Shown: positions 12,662-26,176, counted from the stretch's first letter. The stretch: DNA of 64,000 nucleotides from Lepidodermella squamata (GCA_047495785.1 JBLDXI010000030.1:310001-374000), one strand, 5' to 3'. The notes: a model not told the origin generated them from the letters alone. Numbers and translations are program-made.

Positions 12662-13940
12662 CTGGAATTCAACATTTTCGCTTGGCGAAGCCGCATTTAC
12701 TAGTAATCGACGTTGAATGAATCATTTTGTTAGCTTAAAGCAGCAATACATATCACAAATATGACAAATAACGAGCAATATAAAACAAATAAATATAATA
12801 AAATCTGAGTATTCTTCATTAACCAGATGACTAATTGGTAATCATAATGGTCTTTTGAAAGATTGAAGCAACCATCAAAGAACTCGGTATTAATTGCGGG
12901 TCGCGCCCTTTACCACATAATGTTATTTATGTGATTTTGTAGTATTGATTTAAGCAGCGTTTAAGTTTCAGACATGCAGCAGCATTTCATGGCAGGAGAT
13001 GGCAGTCGTATCAGCTCCGAACTCGAGCCGCGGGCTTGGGTCATCCTACAATCAACGCCCTACCCGATAACTGTACCAAGTCCCGGCCCAAACCCGGCGG
13101 CCCGATTACGGCACGCGCGAGCGCAAAACATTAGCGCTGGTTCCTATTTATCTCCGCCGTGCTCAGGCCGTGTGCGGTGAAGCGTGATTCTATTGAATTT
13201 GTTAAATTAATAGTGAGCGTCGCATAAGGGCACATTACAGCGGAGTGGTGAAGTGATGTTACCCGGTCGCATACGGGCCGGCCCCAACGCGTAAGGGCCA
13301 AAATCGGGCTCGGGCCCCAAAAAGACCAAAGTGGAAAGCCTCCAAAAAAAACACTGGGGGACCCATTATAGGCATAAAATAGTCATAAAATAGTTCAAGG
13401 ATCCTACTTCGGGCGCTGCAGCGATCACATTGACCTAGTTGTTGGGAATCTTCGATTTCCTTTCTCTATCCATTTTCACCCATTTTCTCAGGTATTAATG
13501 AATGTATGGATTGTTTTGTTAGATTTGCACGTAATTATTGCCCTCTGTCCAAAAATCATACACATTTACCATGAATTATGAATAACAAGGCTCGCTTGTA
13601 AGCTCGCATAGTTTCAACAAAAGCATAAATTCATGCCCTAATTTTCTGTGCGGACAAACAAGGCGTCAGAATGTTCTATGAGCTGTGGCCCATTATTGCG
13701 TGGTTGAGCTTGGGCCCAGACTTATCTCTGACGTATTTTGATATTCATGATTCATGAGTCCCATCTATCCAATCAATTATGCACTTTCAGCAAGTGTAAG
13801 TAGCCATCTCCTTAGCAACAGTAAGTAAACACTGAAAATGTGTTAAACGCTATGGTTTAAATGCGCGCGAAGACCTGGATTTTCTCCAGTTTCAAGTGAA
13901 CTTCGCCTTGGAACATTGATCTGGCTGATTCGTTGGCAGG

Positions 13941-15173
13941 ATGCTCCAAGAGTTACTTTTTCTCCTGAAAACAGCTTTGGTTGTAGTTGTAGCAGTCTCA
14001 GCTCGTTGCGAACCCGTCCCATACGTTCCATCTTACGACCTTGTGGTCAGCAACTCGAATGCCAATAGCGCACCGATTCCTGATATTTCGGACGGGAATT
14101 ACGAGCCTAAGGTCAAGTATAAAGACCTTGAGCCATGTCCCTACCTTGACGTGGAAAGATATTCTCCTCAAATGAATACGCAGATCTACCTAACATTCTC
14201 AGTTGAAAGGCTGGTCTCAATCAACCAGGTTGTAGGCGAGATCAGTCTGTGGGGCTCGTTTCTCGTCCAATGGCCAGTTTTGTCCTGTTCAGCTGAGTAC
14301 ACCGCTCCAGAAGCTAACGTGACAGAGCGGGTAATCCCGGCGAATCACATCAACTTTTGGAAGCCGAAAATAGCATTGACCAACTTAACGACTGATGTTT
14401 ATTTGACTAACGACAATTATGGGGAGAGGGCTCAAATAATGTACTACGGAACTACGCCCAACCGAACGCTGTTTTTCCACTGGGACCGAGTTGGCGCATT
14501 TTCATCAGCCTGCCGGATGGACCTGGCGAAATTTCCATTTGATTCTCAGACCTGCGAGTTCACTTTTCTGATAGACGAGCCTGCTGAATTTGTCGCTATA
14601 GCCGGAGTTTATGTTAAAGCCTTCGACTCTCTATCGACTAACATTTGGACCTTGACGAGTTCGCGCACCACTCAAGGTAGATGCCCTTCTCCTTCAAGAA
14701 CTGGGGCCGCTGTTTCTTACGGTAGGATCGCTTTGACCTATGAGCGTGATCCTACTTACTACATTGTCAATCTAATGATTCCTTGCTATCTCCTTGTTTT
14801 TCTTGGCTTCAGCTCGTTACTCATGGAGCCTGATTACTCGGACCGATCCATCTTATGCGCAACTATAATGCAAGCTTTGGTCATAGCCCAGTCCGATGTT
14901 CTGGCTAGTGTATCTCAGAATTCGAAACAGCTGCTGTACACTGACTACGTACTAATGCTGACGGGGACGGTCGCTGCGATTGCTGTTTACGAAGTCTTCG
15001 CCGCACTCATGCTCACCAACAAAAGGATTCAGCGTTTAGGCACAATGGAAGTTGGGATAGTCAGGGAGCTCAGCTTGCCGCTTGTTCGATTGGTCGATTT
15101 GCTGGTCTTTTCCTTCGCTTTCGAAGCTGTGCTCGCAGCAAATATGAACCTTGTCGTATTCACCAAAAATTGA
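13941..15173 (+). CDS. Intronless divergent Cys-loop ligand-gated ion channel subunit (nAChR-like)
   Basis: Signal peptide; FWKPKI; Cys-loop CRMDLAKFPFDSQTC; pre-M1 ERDPTYYIVNLMIP; four TM segments with a very short M3-M4 loop. Confidence 0.88.
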   Translation: MLQELLFLLKTALVVVVAVSARCEPVPYVPSYDLVVSNSNANSAPIPDISDGNYEPKVKYKDLEPCPYLDVERYSPQMNTQIYLTFSVERLVSINQVVGEISLWGSFLVQWPVLSCSAEYTAPEANVTERVIPANHINFWKPKIALTNLTTDVYLTNDNYGERAQIMYYGTTPNRTLFFHWDRVGAFSSACRMDLAKFPFDSQTCEFTFLIDEPAEFVAIAGVYVKAFDSLSTNIWTLTSSRTTQGRCPSPSRTGAAVSYGRIALTYERDPTYYIVNLMIPCYLLVFLGFSSLLMEPDYSDRSILCATIMQALVIAQSDVLASVSQNSKQLLYTDYVLMLTGTVAAIAVYEVFAALMLTNKRIQRLGTMEVGIVRELSLPLVRLVDLLVFSFAFEAVLAANMNLVVFTKN

Positions 15174-15259
15174 CCCTTACTCATTTTAATTTCTATGTTC
15201 GCTATCCTTATTTGAAAGTAAATTCAAAAATTAAAATTCGTGCCAGAAGTTCGCAAAAA

Positions 15260-17532
15260 GTTCGCAGAAGCAAAAGAGGCTATTCAAAAGGCCAAATATG
15301 CTTATGGGCAGTACCAAGAAGGGAAGATGAGCTCTGAGGAAAACAGAAAAGTTCTCCATTGGAAAAACAAAATTCTCGAAAAAGTAAAAAAAGATTTCGA
15401 ATCCAAGCAATTCAAAGACCTGGATGACCTCCTCAAAGATGGCCAAGATTGGGAAAATCTTAAGCGGTTTTGGACTAAAATAAAAAACCTCCGAAATCCT
15501 AATTCACGAAACAAAAATATAGATAAAATTGAAACTATAAACGGAGAAATTGCTACGGAACTCGATCAAATTTTAGAAGCATTAAAAGATTATTTTATGG
15601 AATTGCTAGATGGTCAGGAAATTGATGAACTTATCGCTATTTGTGACAAACACTTGCATCCACCAACAGAAGAACCAGATATGGAAGGAAATAGTTTACC
15701 TGTCCCGAATGAAGGTATAAGCTTGGCAGAGTTAAAAAACGCTATCAAGCATATGAAAAATGGCAAAGCCGCTGGTATTGACGACATAACCCCCGAAATG
15801 ATCAAGGCCCTTGATGATACAAATATTAATTGGCTCCATGATTTATTAAATAAAGCCTGGGTGGATAAGTTAATCCCAGAGGAATGGTCAACTGCCATCA
15901 TAGTCCCTCTTTATAAAAACAAAGGTGAAAAATCTCAATGCAAAAATTATAGAGGTATCTCGCTTTTAAGTATTGTTGGAAAATTATACGCCATCGTGCT
16001 AGAAAGAAAACTTAGGAATGTCATAGGGTCAAAAATTTCCAACAGACAATTCGGATTTCAACCAAGAAAAGGTACCCGAGACTGTATTTATATATTACGC
16101 CAAATTATAGAGAAAATTATTCTTCACAACAAACAACTTCACTTAGTATTCATCGATCTAGAGAAAGCGTACGACCTTATTGATAGAGACAAAGTTTGGA
16201 CAACCCTCAAAGACATGGGTGTGAAACCTGATCTGTTGGAAGCAATAAAAAGTTTTTATAGCTCAAATAAGGTAGCGGTTAGAGTAGGCGACAAACTCTC
16301 AAAATTTTTCCAAACACAAAAAGGTCTGAGACAAGGTTGCCCGATGTCACCTCTCCTTTTTATAGCCGTGTTTAACAAAGTATGTGAAAAATTATACAAC
16401 AGCGAAGGAGGATTTCCCCTCGATGAAAAGAAATTATTGAATCTTTTGGCTTTTGCCGACGACGGCACGCTTATAGGTATGACTGAAGAGGAGATTCGAA
16501 CTCTCCTTGACATTTTCAATAAGGCATGTATAGAACTCGGACTTAAAATTAATGTTGCGAAAACCCAATACATGGTTGTAGGAGGCAAAGGAGATGAAGA
16601 ACTATTTTTAGGTGATCAGAAACTCGAAAAAGTCGACTCTTTTAAATATTTAGGAAGCATAATTACTAATGACGGAAAAATGGATAAAGAACTGAACGCT
16701 CGAATCGCCAAGGCAGGGAGCTGCTTTGGGGCAATGAACAAATTTATGTGCAACAGAGGCCATATAAGTATAGAAACAAAAATGAAGGTTCTAAATTGTG
16801 TGATTATTCCTACCATCATGTATGCGTGTGAAACATGGAATCTAACAGTCGCACAAGAAAATAGCCTGAATGTAATTGAGATGCGATGGCTTCGAACAAT
16901 TTTGGGCATAAAATTATTGGACTTCATACCTAACTACGACCTCAGATTGGTTTGCGGTGGAGTCATAGAGGTCGGAAGGTTGATAGAAAAACAAAGAATG
17001 AGATACTTAGGCCACATTATTCGAGAAGATGAATATAACGCTAGCAGCTTGACAAACGCAATGCTAAATTGGAATAACCCCGAAAAATGGAAAAAACCCA
17101 AAGGCGCACCTAAAACTACCTGGCGTCACGCAATGAATAGAAGCCTCAAAAAAATAGGATTGGTCAAATTACAATACAAAAATATTTATGAAGGACCCCC
17201 GAAAGTTGGGAGACCGGCGAAAACAGCGGTCGTGATAAGGGTTGAAACTAAGGAAGTAGCTGATTGGGAACTGACGCAAATAGCAGCGCGAGATCGCGAC
17301 GAATGGCGAATGCTAACTTTAACAATAGCGAATTTCGAATTTCATGCGAAAAGCAGGCTCTTCATGAATGTGACCAATGGCGGCACCCCGTGATCGCTGA
17401 TCGTCACCCTCCCCTAAACCTTGGCGGTAAAACGGTTCCTCTTGTTGTGCGAATATTACCATCACAAGCCAACAATGAACCAGCGGAGGAGGAAAAATAA
17501 AACTTTTCATTGTTTCATTGTTTCATTGTTTC
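15260..17532 (+). mobile_element. 5'-truncated RTE-clade LINE with 13-bp TSD
   Basis: Open RT frame to 17393 (GLRQGCPMSP, FADD, FKYLGS, YACETW, YLGHIIR, ARDRDEWR); (TTTCATTG)3.5 tail 17505-17532; TSD AAGTTCGCAAAAA at 15247-15259 and 17533-17545. Confidence 0.9.
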
Positions 17533-18064
17533 AAGTTCGCAAAAAAACGTATGGCACTTTTGGGTTTGGCTAATGCTTTTTACGCATATTAGGATTTAGA
17601 TGGTTTTCACTGTTGTCAATGCACTTCTCCTCTTAGTATGTACGCTGCATCTATATTGTAGGAACGTCAGTAATAAAATACATAGATTTTCCATAGGTTA
17701 GTGGAGCTATTGTTTTGTTAACATAATACAAAGACAACTACTTTTGAAGACAAAAAGTCAAGAAGATATGCATTTTTGGGAAAATCGGCAACACTAGTTA
17801 GATGCGCCTGGCGCTTACTCGATTTCTTTCGAAATCTGAAAATAGGGCGGACAATTATACCGCTCGATGAAATGTAAACAAAAGATTACAACCGACGTCT
17901 TCAAATAAAGAAAAACGTATGAGCCAGAGTTTTCTGAACTTGAAATCGATGGGCATTTGAGAATTTCATAACGATAAGCTAACAAATTGTAATTGAAAAG
18001 ATTGAAGCCCCAGACATCATTCAAATATCAGGTAGCTGATATGTTTTCGGTAGCTCCCTGCAGA

Positions 18065-21000
18065 ATGCTCGGGATCATCACGTCTGTGTTGCTAAGTTAC
18101 CTATGTTTAGTATCACACGCCGAGGAGATCTGCACGTGGAATTCAACTACGACTAACGATATCAACATTTTTTACGCGGCACCAAACAGCGTATTTTGGA
18201 CGGATTTTCAACCGAGTGTTGGGAAAATCTTTCCGATTTGGTCAATCCTCAAATCTTCTTGCACAACGATCAACGTTGTAGGTTCATCAGTTTGCCTAAA
18301 TGGCGGGGTTTGGTCTCATTCGTTTTCAGGATGCCGAAGTATCAGTAGGTCCATTTTTCTCAAATGTATGCTATCATAAATCTAAAATAACACAGCTTCA
18401 CCTCTTAAATCGTGCACGTGGACAGCTGCAGACCAGCCTTCGCACAAATATCATCTGTCCAATGACTTAGAATCAGCATGGACGCCTCAAAGTTCCGTTT
18501 ACAATGGTCTTTTCGCAAATTTCGCTGTCATTAGAGAGACATGTCAATCTGGAGCATATCAGCTTTCAGCTTGTATCAATGGTCAATTTATTCCAGATCC
18601 GGCTGGTTTCGATTGTGGAGAACCTTATCCGGGCATACGGTCGAAACTTGTCGCGTTTTGGCCGTTGAATGTTAACACTAAAATGATTGCTCTCACCCCA
18701 TCCCCACCATTCCCGCCTGCTAAGAGTTCCTTCATGTCAAAAGTTGGTACCTTCCAAGAAAGGGTGTACCAGTTTGGCGGGGTTTGTTCATCCGTGGCAG
18801 TGAACATTACTCCGGCCATCACCGGACAATCGTGGACTATTTCTATCCTAGCGGATGGTGGCTTCGTCGGGGAACTGCTCCGGTTCAAGCAAGGCAGCAC
18901 CATATATTTTTTCTTGGTTGAAAATGGAGCTGTTACTGTAACTTTGGGAGTTAAGGGAAATGCGTATAGATTCAGTAACGCCTTGTTCGGATCCCAATCC
19001 AAATGGATGTTATATATGTTTGGCTGCAACGGAACAGCCTTGACATTGGGTACTGCTGGCGCAATTTCTTCATTTTTCAGCGCAAATTTGATTTCAAGCG
19101 ACACTGGAGCGATACAGGCTGTGCCTACGGCATTACAAATTGGAACGGAGTTAGTTTTCGTTGCGTCACTTGACATTTTAATTTGAGTCTCTCGATTATT
19201 CAGCCCGTCAAATTGTGGCTATATATCATGTTTCGCATTGTTCAATGCGCAATATTCCGACTTGAATACAGCAAACCGTCTCTATGAGCACTGCGTCACA
19301 GGTTTGAGGCATTCAAAGTCCCACTCAGTTCCCTTCTAAGCTCTCTCATAGCTGCATCGCCGCCGACTCTATCTTCTCAGGGTGTCGACTGGTATTATGA
19401 TGAATACTTATCGATTCATATAGCCAATTACGGTAGGGATTCATTTCGATAAACGTCGCTGAACTTCAATTTTGCCAACGATAGATAAACTCTACCGCCG
19501 GGGAGCCGCAGTAATCACAGAGAATGGACTGAGTATACGCCTAGCTGCAACGAAGGAACAAGGCTGTGTTTGGTCACCGGAAGTTTGTTAGAAATTTGAG
19601 AGCAATTTTTTTAAACTATAAAAAATAGACAAGGTGAAAAAAATGCTTCAAATTGGCTAATCTTGCATTCATTTTTTCTAGCCATTTTCAGCTACCATGA
19701 ATTGGCGGGCAGAGTTTTTTATTGACAATGATCCATCCAACTCGGTTGATCTGGAACTTTACTTCATCTCTGAAACTGCCACGTTGAATATAGCAAATGG
19801 CGATGTAGAAACTCAGGGCATCAACATCAATAATTCCACGTTCGCCGGGATGCTTATTCGTCGGTTGGCTAACGGGGATTTCAGCCTGTTTCAATCTTCA
19901 ACACCTAAGCCAATGAGTACGATAAGCTCAACGTTCAGAGGTACCATCAGTTGCTCGCCTGATGCATTGATTTTCGAGAAAATCGCCTCAGTACTGTCAT
20001 TTATTTGCCGAACAGAATCGACAATTTACCCAGTTGCTAATTATGATGTCCCTGATTTCGCAGCGACAAGCGGTAACATCCGGTATGGAGTTTGCGCTAG
20101 AAACAACGGTGAATACGGCACAATAACGAAGGCTTATCTCACCCAAGTAAAGTTCTTCACGTCATCGCCAAGATCGACCACTACTAGCACCACCACCACC
20201 TCTACGAGTACTCCTTCAACAAAGCCTGAGGCAACCGAAGTACCCAGTTCGACTACTACCCCAGTTCTACCAACGCAAACTTCATCTGAATCCTCATATT
20301 TGGCTATGAATCCAATTATTTCGACCAGTCCGGTTAATCTGGAATCAACAGTCATAAATCCAACTACTGGTAATCCTAAGCCAGAAATAACGACTGGAGC
20401 TACATCTGATTCCACTACTACCCGTGGAATGACTTCAAATCCTGCGATAAAGGCTAGTTCTGTGACTTTTGAATCTACAGTTGGACTTACAGCAGTTACT
20501 AATCCTACTCAAACTACATCTGCATCAATTACTCTGAGATCAACAAACGCTGCTAATCAAGGCAAAGCAGGTTCGCCAGCCTCATCCATGGCTTTGACTA
20601 TACCATCGACGAAGCCAGCGAGCATTTCAACTGCGGCAATTTACGAGTTCAGCATGAATTTAAAAATTGAGGGAGACGATATCACCATACCCTCGAGAAG
20701 TATCAACGTGACTACAGAACCTTGGGATGTAAACCTAGATAACGCGACCTCGCCGACTTACATAGCTTTGGTTGAGTTTATGCTGCCTGTAGTGTGGCAA
20801 CTGGCAAATGAAACAGCTGCGCTGATGGATAACACCCAGGTCGAGTCTGTCAAAATCACTGGGTTCAGGAAGGGCAGTATCATCTCGGATTATATCGTTG
20901 CTTTAAGAAGTTTGACCCAACTGACTGAGAACGAGATCGCTGTAAAAGTGGCGGCTGCTGCTGCGAAGATTAAGGAAACGATTGCCGGGAAACTAGCAAA

Positions 21001-21202
21001 TGGGCTGGTTGCTTCTCGCCTAGTCCAAGTTTCTGTTGTGAATAAAGCTACAGGGCCAAGTAGCAATTCAGCTGCGGCAGTTACACTACCTTCGAAGCCT
21101 GTTGATTCGTATTCATCGCATGCATTAGGCTATTCATCATACTCTTGTTGCGCCAACTATTTCATCATGCTCCTCGTCATTGCGTTTTCGATCTGTTTCT
21201 AA
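18065..21202 (+). CDS. Full-length array gene A2 (multi-exon)
   Basis: MLGIITSVLLSYLCLVS signal peptide; same six-exon layout as A1; last exon from 19682; SEA and hydrophobic tail. Confidence 0.83.
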
Positions 21203-21354
21203 CTTTAAAACGCAATGCATAATTACATCTACTGAAAATTACTTTTCAAGTGACCTACAATTTATTGTATACACAAAACAACAACAAATCCCGTGTCACA
21301 CTGATTTTAATTCTGCTGAATAAATTAGAGTCTCAAAAAGTTGGATAATTGTCC

Positions 21355-21600
21355 AGGTTAATGCCTCTCGCCCTGGTTCCTGTGGTCAAAGCAAACAGCT
21401 CTGTGCCACCGCAAAACATTATTTAACATCAATATCATCAACATCAGTACATGTCGGATGGTGACAAAAAATATTTCCGTTCGTTCCACCGCGAACCGTA
21501 GATTCAATAGCCAAATCCAATGGTTCTGCAAGACTCTTAGCTAACCGTGTTATACTCAGCTTGTTATGGGCCTGAGTTGATCACTGTATAATCGAATGAC
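21355..21600 (+). pseudogene. Decayed 3' remnant of a B-type array gene
   Basis: Similar to 29585-29780 (cgaaccgtagattcaa...gatcactgtataatc) with indels and a stop. Confidence 0.7.
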
Positions 21601-21760
21601 ATACATCGTTATTTGACTTGTATAACAGGTTATCAATCACGGCAATAGACAGTACTGATAGACTCGCGGATTCAACTCGCAGTGCCTCTAGAGGAAGTTG
21701 CTTCCATAAATCGGGCCCTTGGTAACCCAGACTCAACGTTCCGCGCATGGAATCGAAGAT

Positions 21761-21952
21761 CATGAGACGTACCAGGACGCCGGAGCTTGAGAAAAGCGTA
21801 GTTTCTGTGTCATCTTTTAATGAGCAAAAAAAACTATTTTTTGCTGAACTCGGGCATCAAATCAATGCGATCAGCTCATGAATAGTCCGGCACGTGACGC
21901 AGAGATTTTTATTAAGGAGGATGCAAGCCCCGGCGTCCTGGTACGTCTCATG
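21761..21952. mobile_element. hAT-like MITE (192 bp)
   Basis: TIR CATGAGACGTACCAGGACGCCGG at both ends; 8-bp TSD TCGAAGAT/TCGAAGGT. Confidence 0.8.
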
Positions 21953-22786
21953 TCGAAGGTCGGTTTGAACATCGGTTAGAAGTGATGCATTTAATACTGG
22001 CTCGGTTCATTCGATTTTTTTCGATGTTGGTGTTAAAAATGCTATTGTAATTTCATCAAACCGCAAATCGGCCGAAATCGTCCTATCCGCCTAGACTTAT
22101 ACAGGCGGAGTGCGTGATTTTTGTGCTGCAAAAACTGTCGTCAGCGGAAAAAGCTGAATTCAGATCTGAATGCTGAGCCTCTAAAACTTTTTCAAACTAA
22201 ATATTTTCGGTGATGGAGAATCTCACGGACATTACTCATGGGAGTAATGAAGGCACCTGAAACAGAAATTAGGGTGCTCGAAAAATCGACTGAAATCAGC
22301 AGGGCGGATAGGAGGATTTCGGTCAATTTTTGTACAGCATTAACGGTGATAGATAGAGATAAACGGGTTTCAAGAACGGATTTGAATAACCAGCATTCAG
22401 TTGCGTCATTTGTTCGTCCATTCGTGGTGGAATCGTTTCGCTGTGGTGGTAACACTTTTCAAAAGCAGATTTAACGTGTTATCAAACTGGCGATAAAAAT
22501 TAGCTGCTCATTTGCGTGCTCAATTTACCAGCTATTTTCTAAAGACAATTTTGTCGCTGGATGAAATGTAAACAAGAATAAATCAAACTTTTCCAATCCA
22601 GCAAATGATCTGGAGAAAAACATGCGAATCTGGAAATTCTGAAATTGAAATCGATTCCCAATGAGCATTTTATAACGAGGAGCTAACATATATTATAATT
22701 AAATAAAAAGTTAGTCAACAGGCAACAGACAGCAGACATTCAAGTCGTTCATTATTATTTCTTTTTGTAACGTCAATGCCTGGATA

Positions 22787-25700
22787 ATGTTCGAATTCAG
22801 CACGACTGTGTTGTTAAGTTACCTGTGTTTAGCATCACACGCTGTGGAGTATTGCATTTGGAATGCTTCTACGACAAACGATATAATTAATTATCAAGCA
22901 GCGCCAAACAGAGACCTTTGGTCGGACTTTCCACCAAATGCTGCAAAAGTCTTTCCGATTTGGTCAATCCTCAAATCTTCTTGCACCACGAGTAGCATTG
23001 CAACTTCATCAGTTTGCCTAAACGGCGGGATATGGTCTCATTCGTTTTCAGGATGCGAAAGTATAAGTAGGTACATTTTGTTGCAATTAACGCTAGAATA
23101 CATCTGAAATTACGCAGCGTCACCTGTTAAATCGTGCACGTGGACGGCTGCAGCTCAGAATTCGCACAAATACCACTTGTCTAAAGACGTGGCACCGACA
23201 TGGACACCCAAAAGTTCCGTTTACAATGTACTTTTTGATAATTTTGCGGTCATTCGAGAGACCTGCCAATCTGGAGCATATCAGCTTTCAGCTTGTATCA
23301 ATGGTCAATTTATTCCAGATCCGGCTGGTTTCGATTGTGGAGAACCTTATTCGGGCATATCGTCGAAGCTTGTCGGGTTTTGGCCGTTAAATAGCAACAC
23401 TGGGCTATACGCTCTCATCCCATCTGCGCCATTCATACCTAGTGCAAGTCTCACTCCGTCATACGTTGGTACCTTCAAGGAGGGTGGTTTCTATTTGGGT
23501 GCGGCTTGCCCAGCATACATTACCGTGGAATTTACTCCGCCCATAACTGGACAATCATGGACAATGGCTATCCTAGCGGATGGTGCCTACAGAGGGCAAC
23601 TGATCCGGTTCATGCAAGGCAGCAGTACATACATTTTCTCGGTTGATAGCCAGGCTGTTACTATAACTATGGGAACCACATACACATTGACTCATCCCAA
23701 GTTTGGATCCGAATCTAAATGGGTGCTGTATATGTTTGGATGCAACGGAACAAGCTTGACATTGACTACTGCTGGAGCATTTTCCTCTTCTTTTATCACA
23801 AACTTAGCTTCAAGCGACACTGGAGCAATCCACGATTTGTCGTCATTTATAGAAATTGGTAGGGAGTAAGTTTTAGCCATGCCATTTCCTCTCTGACAAC
23901 CCCGATTAACTAGATCGATAAACTGTGGTCCTATGTCGTGTTTCACAATGTTTGAAGCGCAATACTCCGACTCGAATACAGCGGATCGGCTCTACCAACA
24001 CTGCGTCGCAGGTTTGCGGTTTGCGGGATGCAAAGTCCAACTCATGCCATCATATTATCAATTTTTCTTAGCTGCATCACCACCCATTGTGCCATCTCAA
24101 ACTGGCGACTGGTATTATGACGAATACTTTTCGATTCACATAGCCAATTACGGTAGGAAATTTATTTCGACAATTAACTAGTTCAATTTTCTAACGATAG
24201 ATAAACTCTACCGCCGGGGAGCCGCAGTAATCACAGAGAATGGCCTGAGTATACGCCTAGCTGCAACGAAAGAACAAGGCTGTGTTTGGTCACCGGAGGT
24301 AAATTCAAAAATTTATAGAAAATACCGTATCACCTGAAATTGAAACCCGGGCTGTTTACTGTTTGGGTGGCCCCGAATTTCTCAAAACGCAACAACAGGT
24401 GAATCATTAGTGGATCAATACATCTTGTAAAAAATGGACATTTTTGAAGATAATGCAATGTAAAATTGACAAATCAAATTAATTTGCTTGTTTATTTATT
24501 TCAAGGTATTCTTAGCTACCATGGATTGGCGGGCAGAGTTCTTTTTCGACTTGGACCTATCAAAAATAGACCTTGACCTGTACTTCGTTTCTAGCATCGC
24601 TTCGTTGGTTATGACAATAGGCAATTTAAACATCGATGGCATCAATTTCAATAACGGCACTTTTTCTGGGATGCTTTATCGCCGCTATGCTAACGGGGAT
24701 TATCGCCTATATCAATCCGCAAAACCAAGTCCACTGAGTTCATCAGGTGCTAATAATGGCTATGACAGCTGCTCTTCCGATTCATTTATTTTTGAGAAAA
24801 TTGGATCGACCATGTCATTTATTTGCCGAACAGAATCGACAATTTATAAATATGCTGATTTTGACGTTTCGGAATTCATTAAAACATTCGGTTACATCCG
24901 GTATGGATTTTGCGCTAAAAACAACGGTGAATACGGCACAGTAACGAAAGCTTATCTCACCCAAGTGAAGTTCTTCACGTCATCGCCAAGATCCACTACT
25001 TCTAGCACCACCACCACTTCTACAAGTACTCCTTCAACAACGCCTGAAGCAACCATAACTACCGAAGAACCTAGTTCGAGTACTACCCCAACAACGCAAA
25101 CTACATATGAATCCACATATATGGCTATGAATCCAATTATTTCGACCAGTTCAGTTAATGTTGAATCAACAGCTATAAATCCAACTACTGGTAATCCTAA
25201 ACCAGAAATAACGACTGGAGCTACATCTGAATTTATTACTACGGCTGCGAATCCATCGATTTCGACCACTTCTGTGACGTTTGAATCTACAGTCGGACTT
25301 ACAGCAGCTGCTAATCCTAAAAATCCTATTGCTACACAAACTACATCCGGATCACTTACTGCTACGTATTCGAACACTACATCGGGAACGTTCCAGTCGA
25401 CACCAGGAGTAATTGATTCTCCTAATACTACTATATCGAAAAGTCAAGGCATATTTAGTTCACCAGCCTTGGCTAAGGCTTCGACATTATCATCGATGTT
25501 CCAGTCGACACCAGGAGCAATTGATTCTCCTACAACTCTATCAAAAAGTCAAGGCATATCAAGTTCGCCAGCCTCGACTATGGCTTTGACATTACCATCG
25601 ACGAAGCAAGCGAGCATTTCAACTGTGCCAATTTACGAGTTCAGTATGAATCTGAAAATCTTTGGGGACAATATCACCATACCATCGAAAGGTATCGAAG

Positions 25701-26176
25701 TGACTACAGATCCATGGGATGTGAATCTAGATAACGCGACCTCTCCAACTTTCGCAGCTTTGGTTGAGTTTATGCTGCCTGTAGTGTGGCAACTGGCAAA
25801 TGAAACAGCTGCGCTGATGGATAACACCCAGGTCGAGTCTGTCAAAATCACTGGGTTCAGGAAGGGAAGCATCATCTCGGATTACATTGTTGCTTTAAGA
25901 AGTTTGACCCAACTGACTGAGAACGAGATCGCTGTAAAAGTGGCTGCTGCTGCTGCGAAGATTAAGGAAACCATTGCCGGGAAACTAGCAAATGGGCTGG
26001 TTGCTTCTCGTCTAGTCCAAGTTTCTGTTGTGAATAAAGCTACAGGGCCGAGTAGCAATTTAGCTGCAGCAATTACACCTTCAAAGCCTGTTCATTCATC
26101 GAAATCAACAGCTTCATTTTATTCATATTACGCTAACATTTGCATCCTGATCCTCATCATTGCGTTTTCGATCTGA
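22787..26176 (+). CDS. Full-length array gene A3 (multi-exon, long stalk)
   Basis: MFEFSTTVLLSYLCLAS; conserved exon layout; SEA FRKGSII; hydrophobic tail. Confidence 0.83.

Noticed and set aside
13260-13730. Possible MITE with GGGCCC-rich ends upstream of the channel gene
   Set aside because: No clear TIR pair or TSD could be defined
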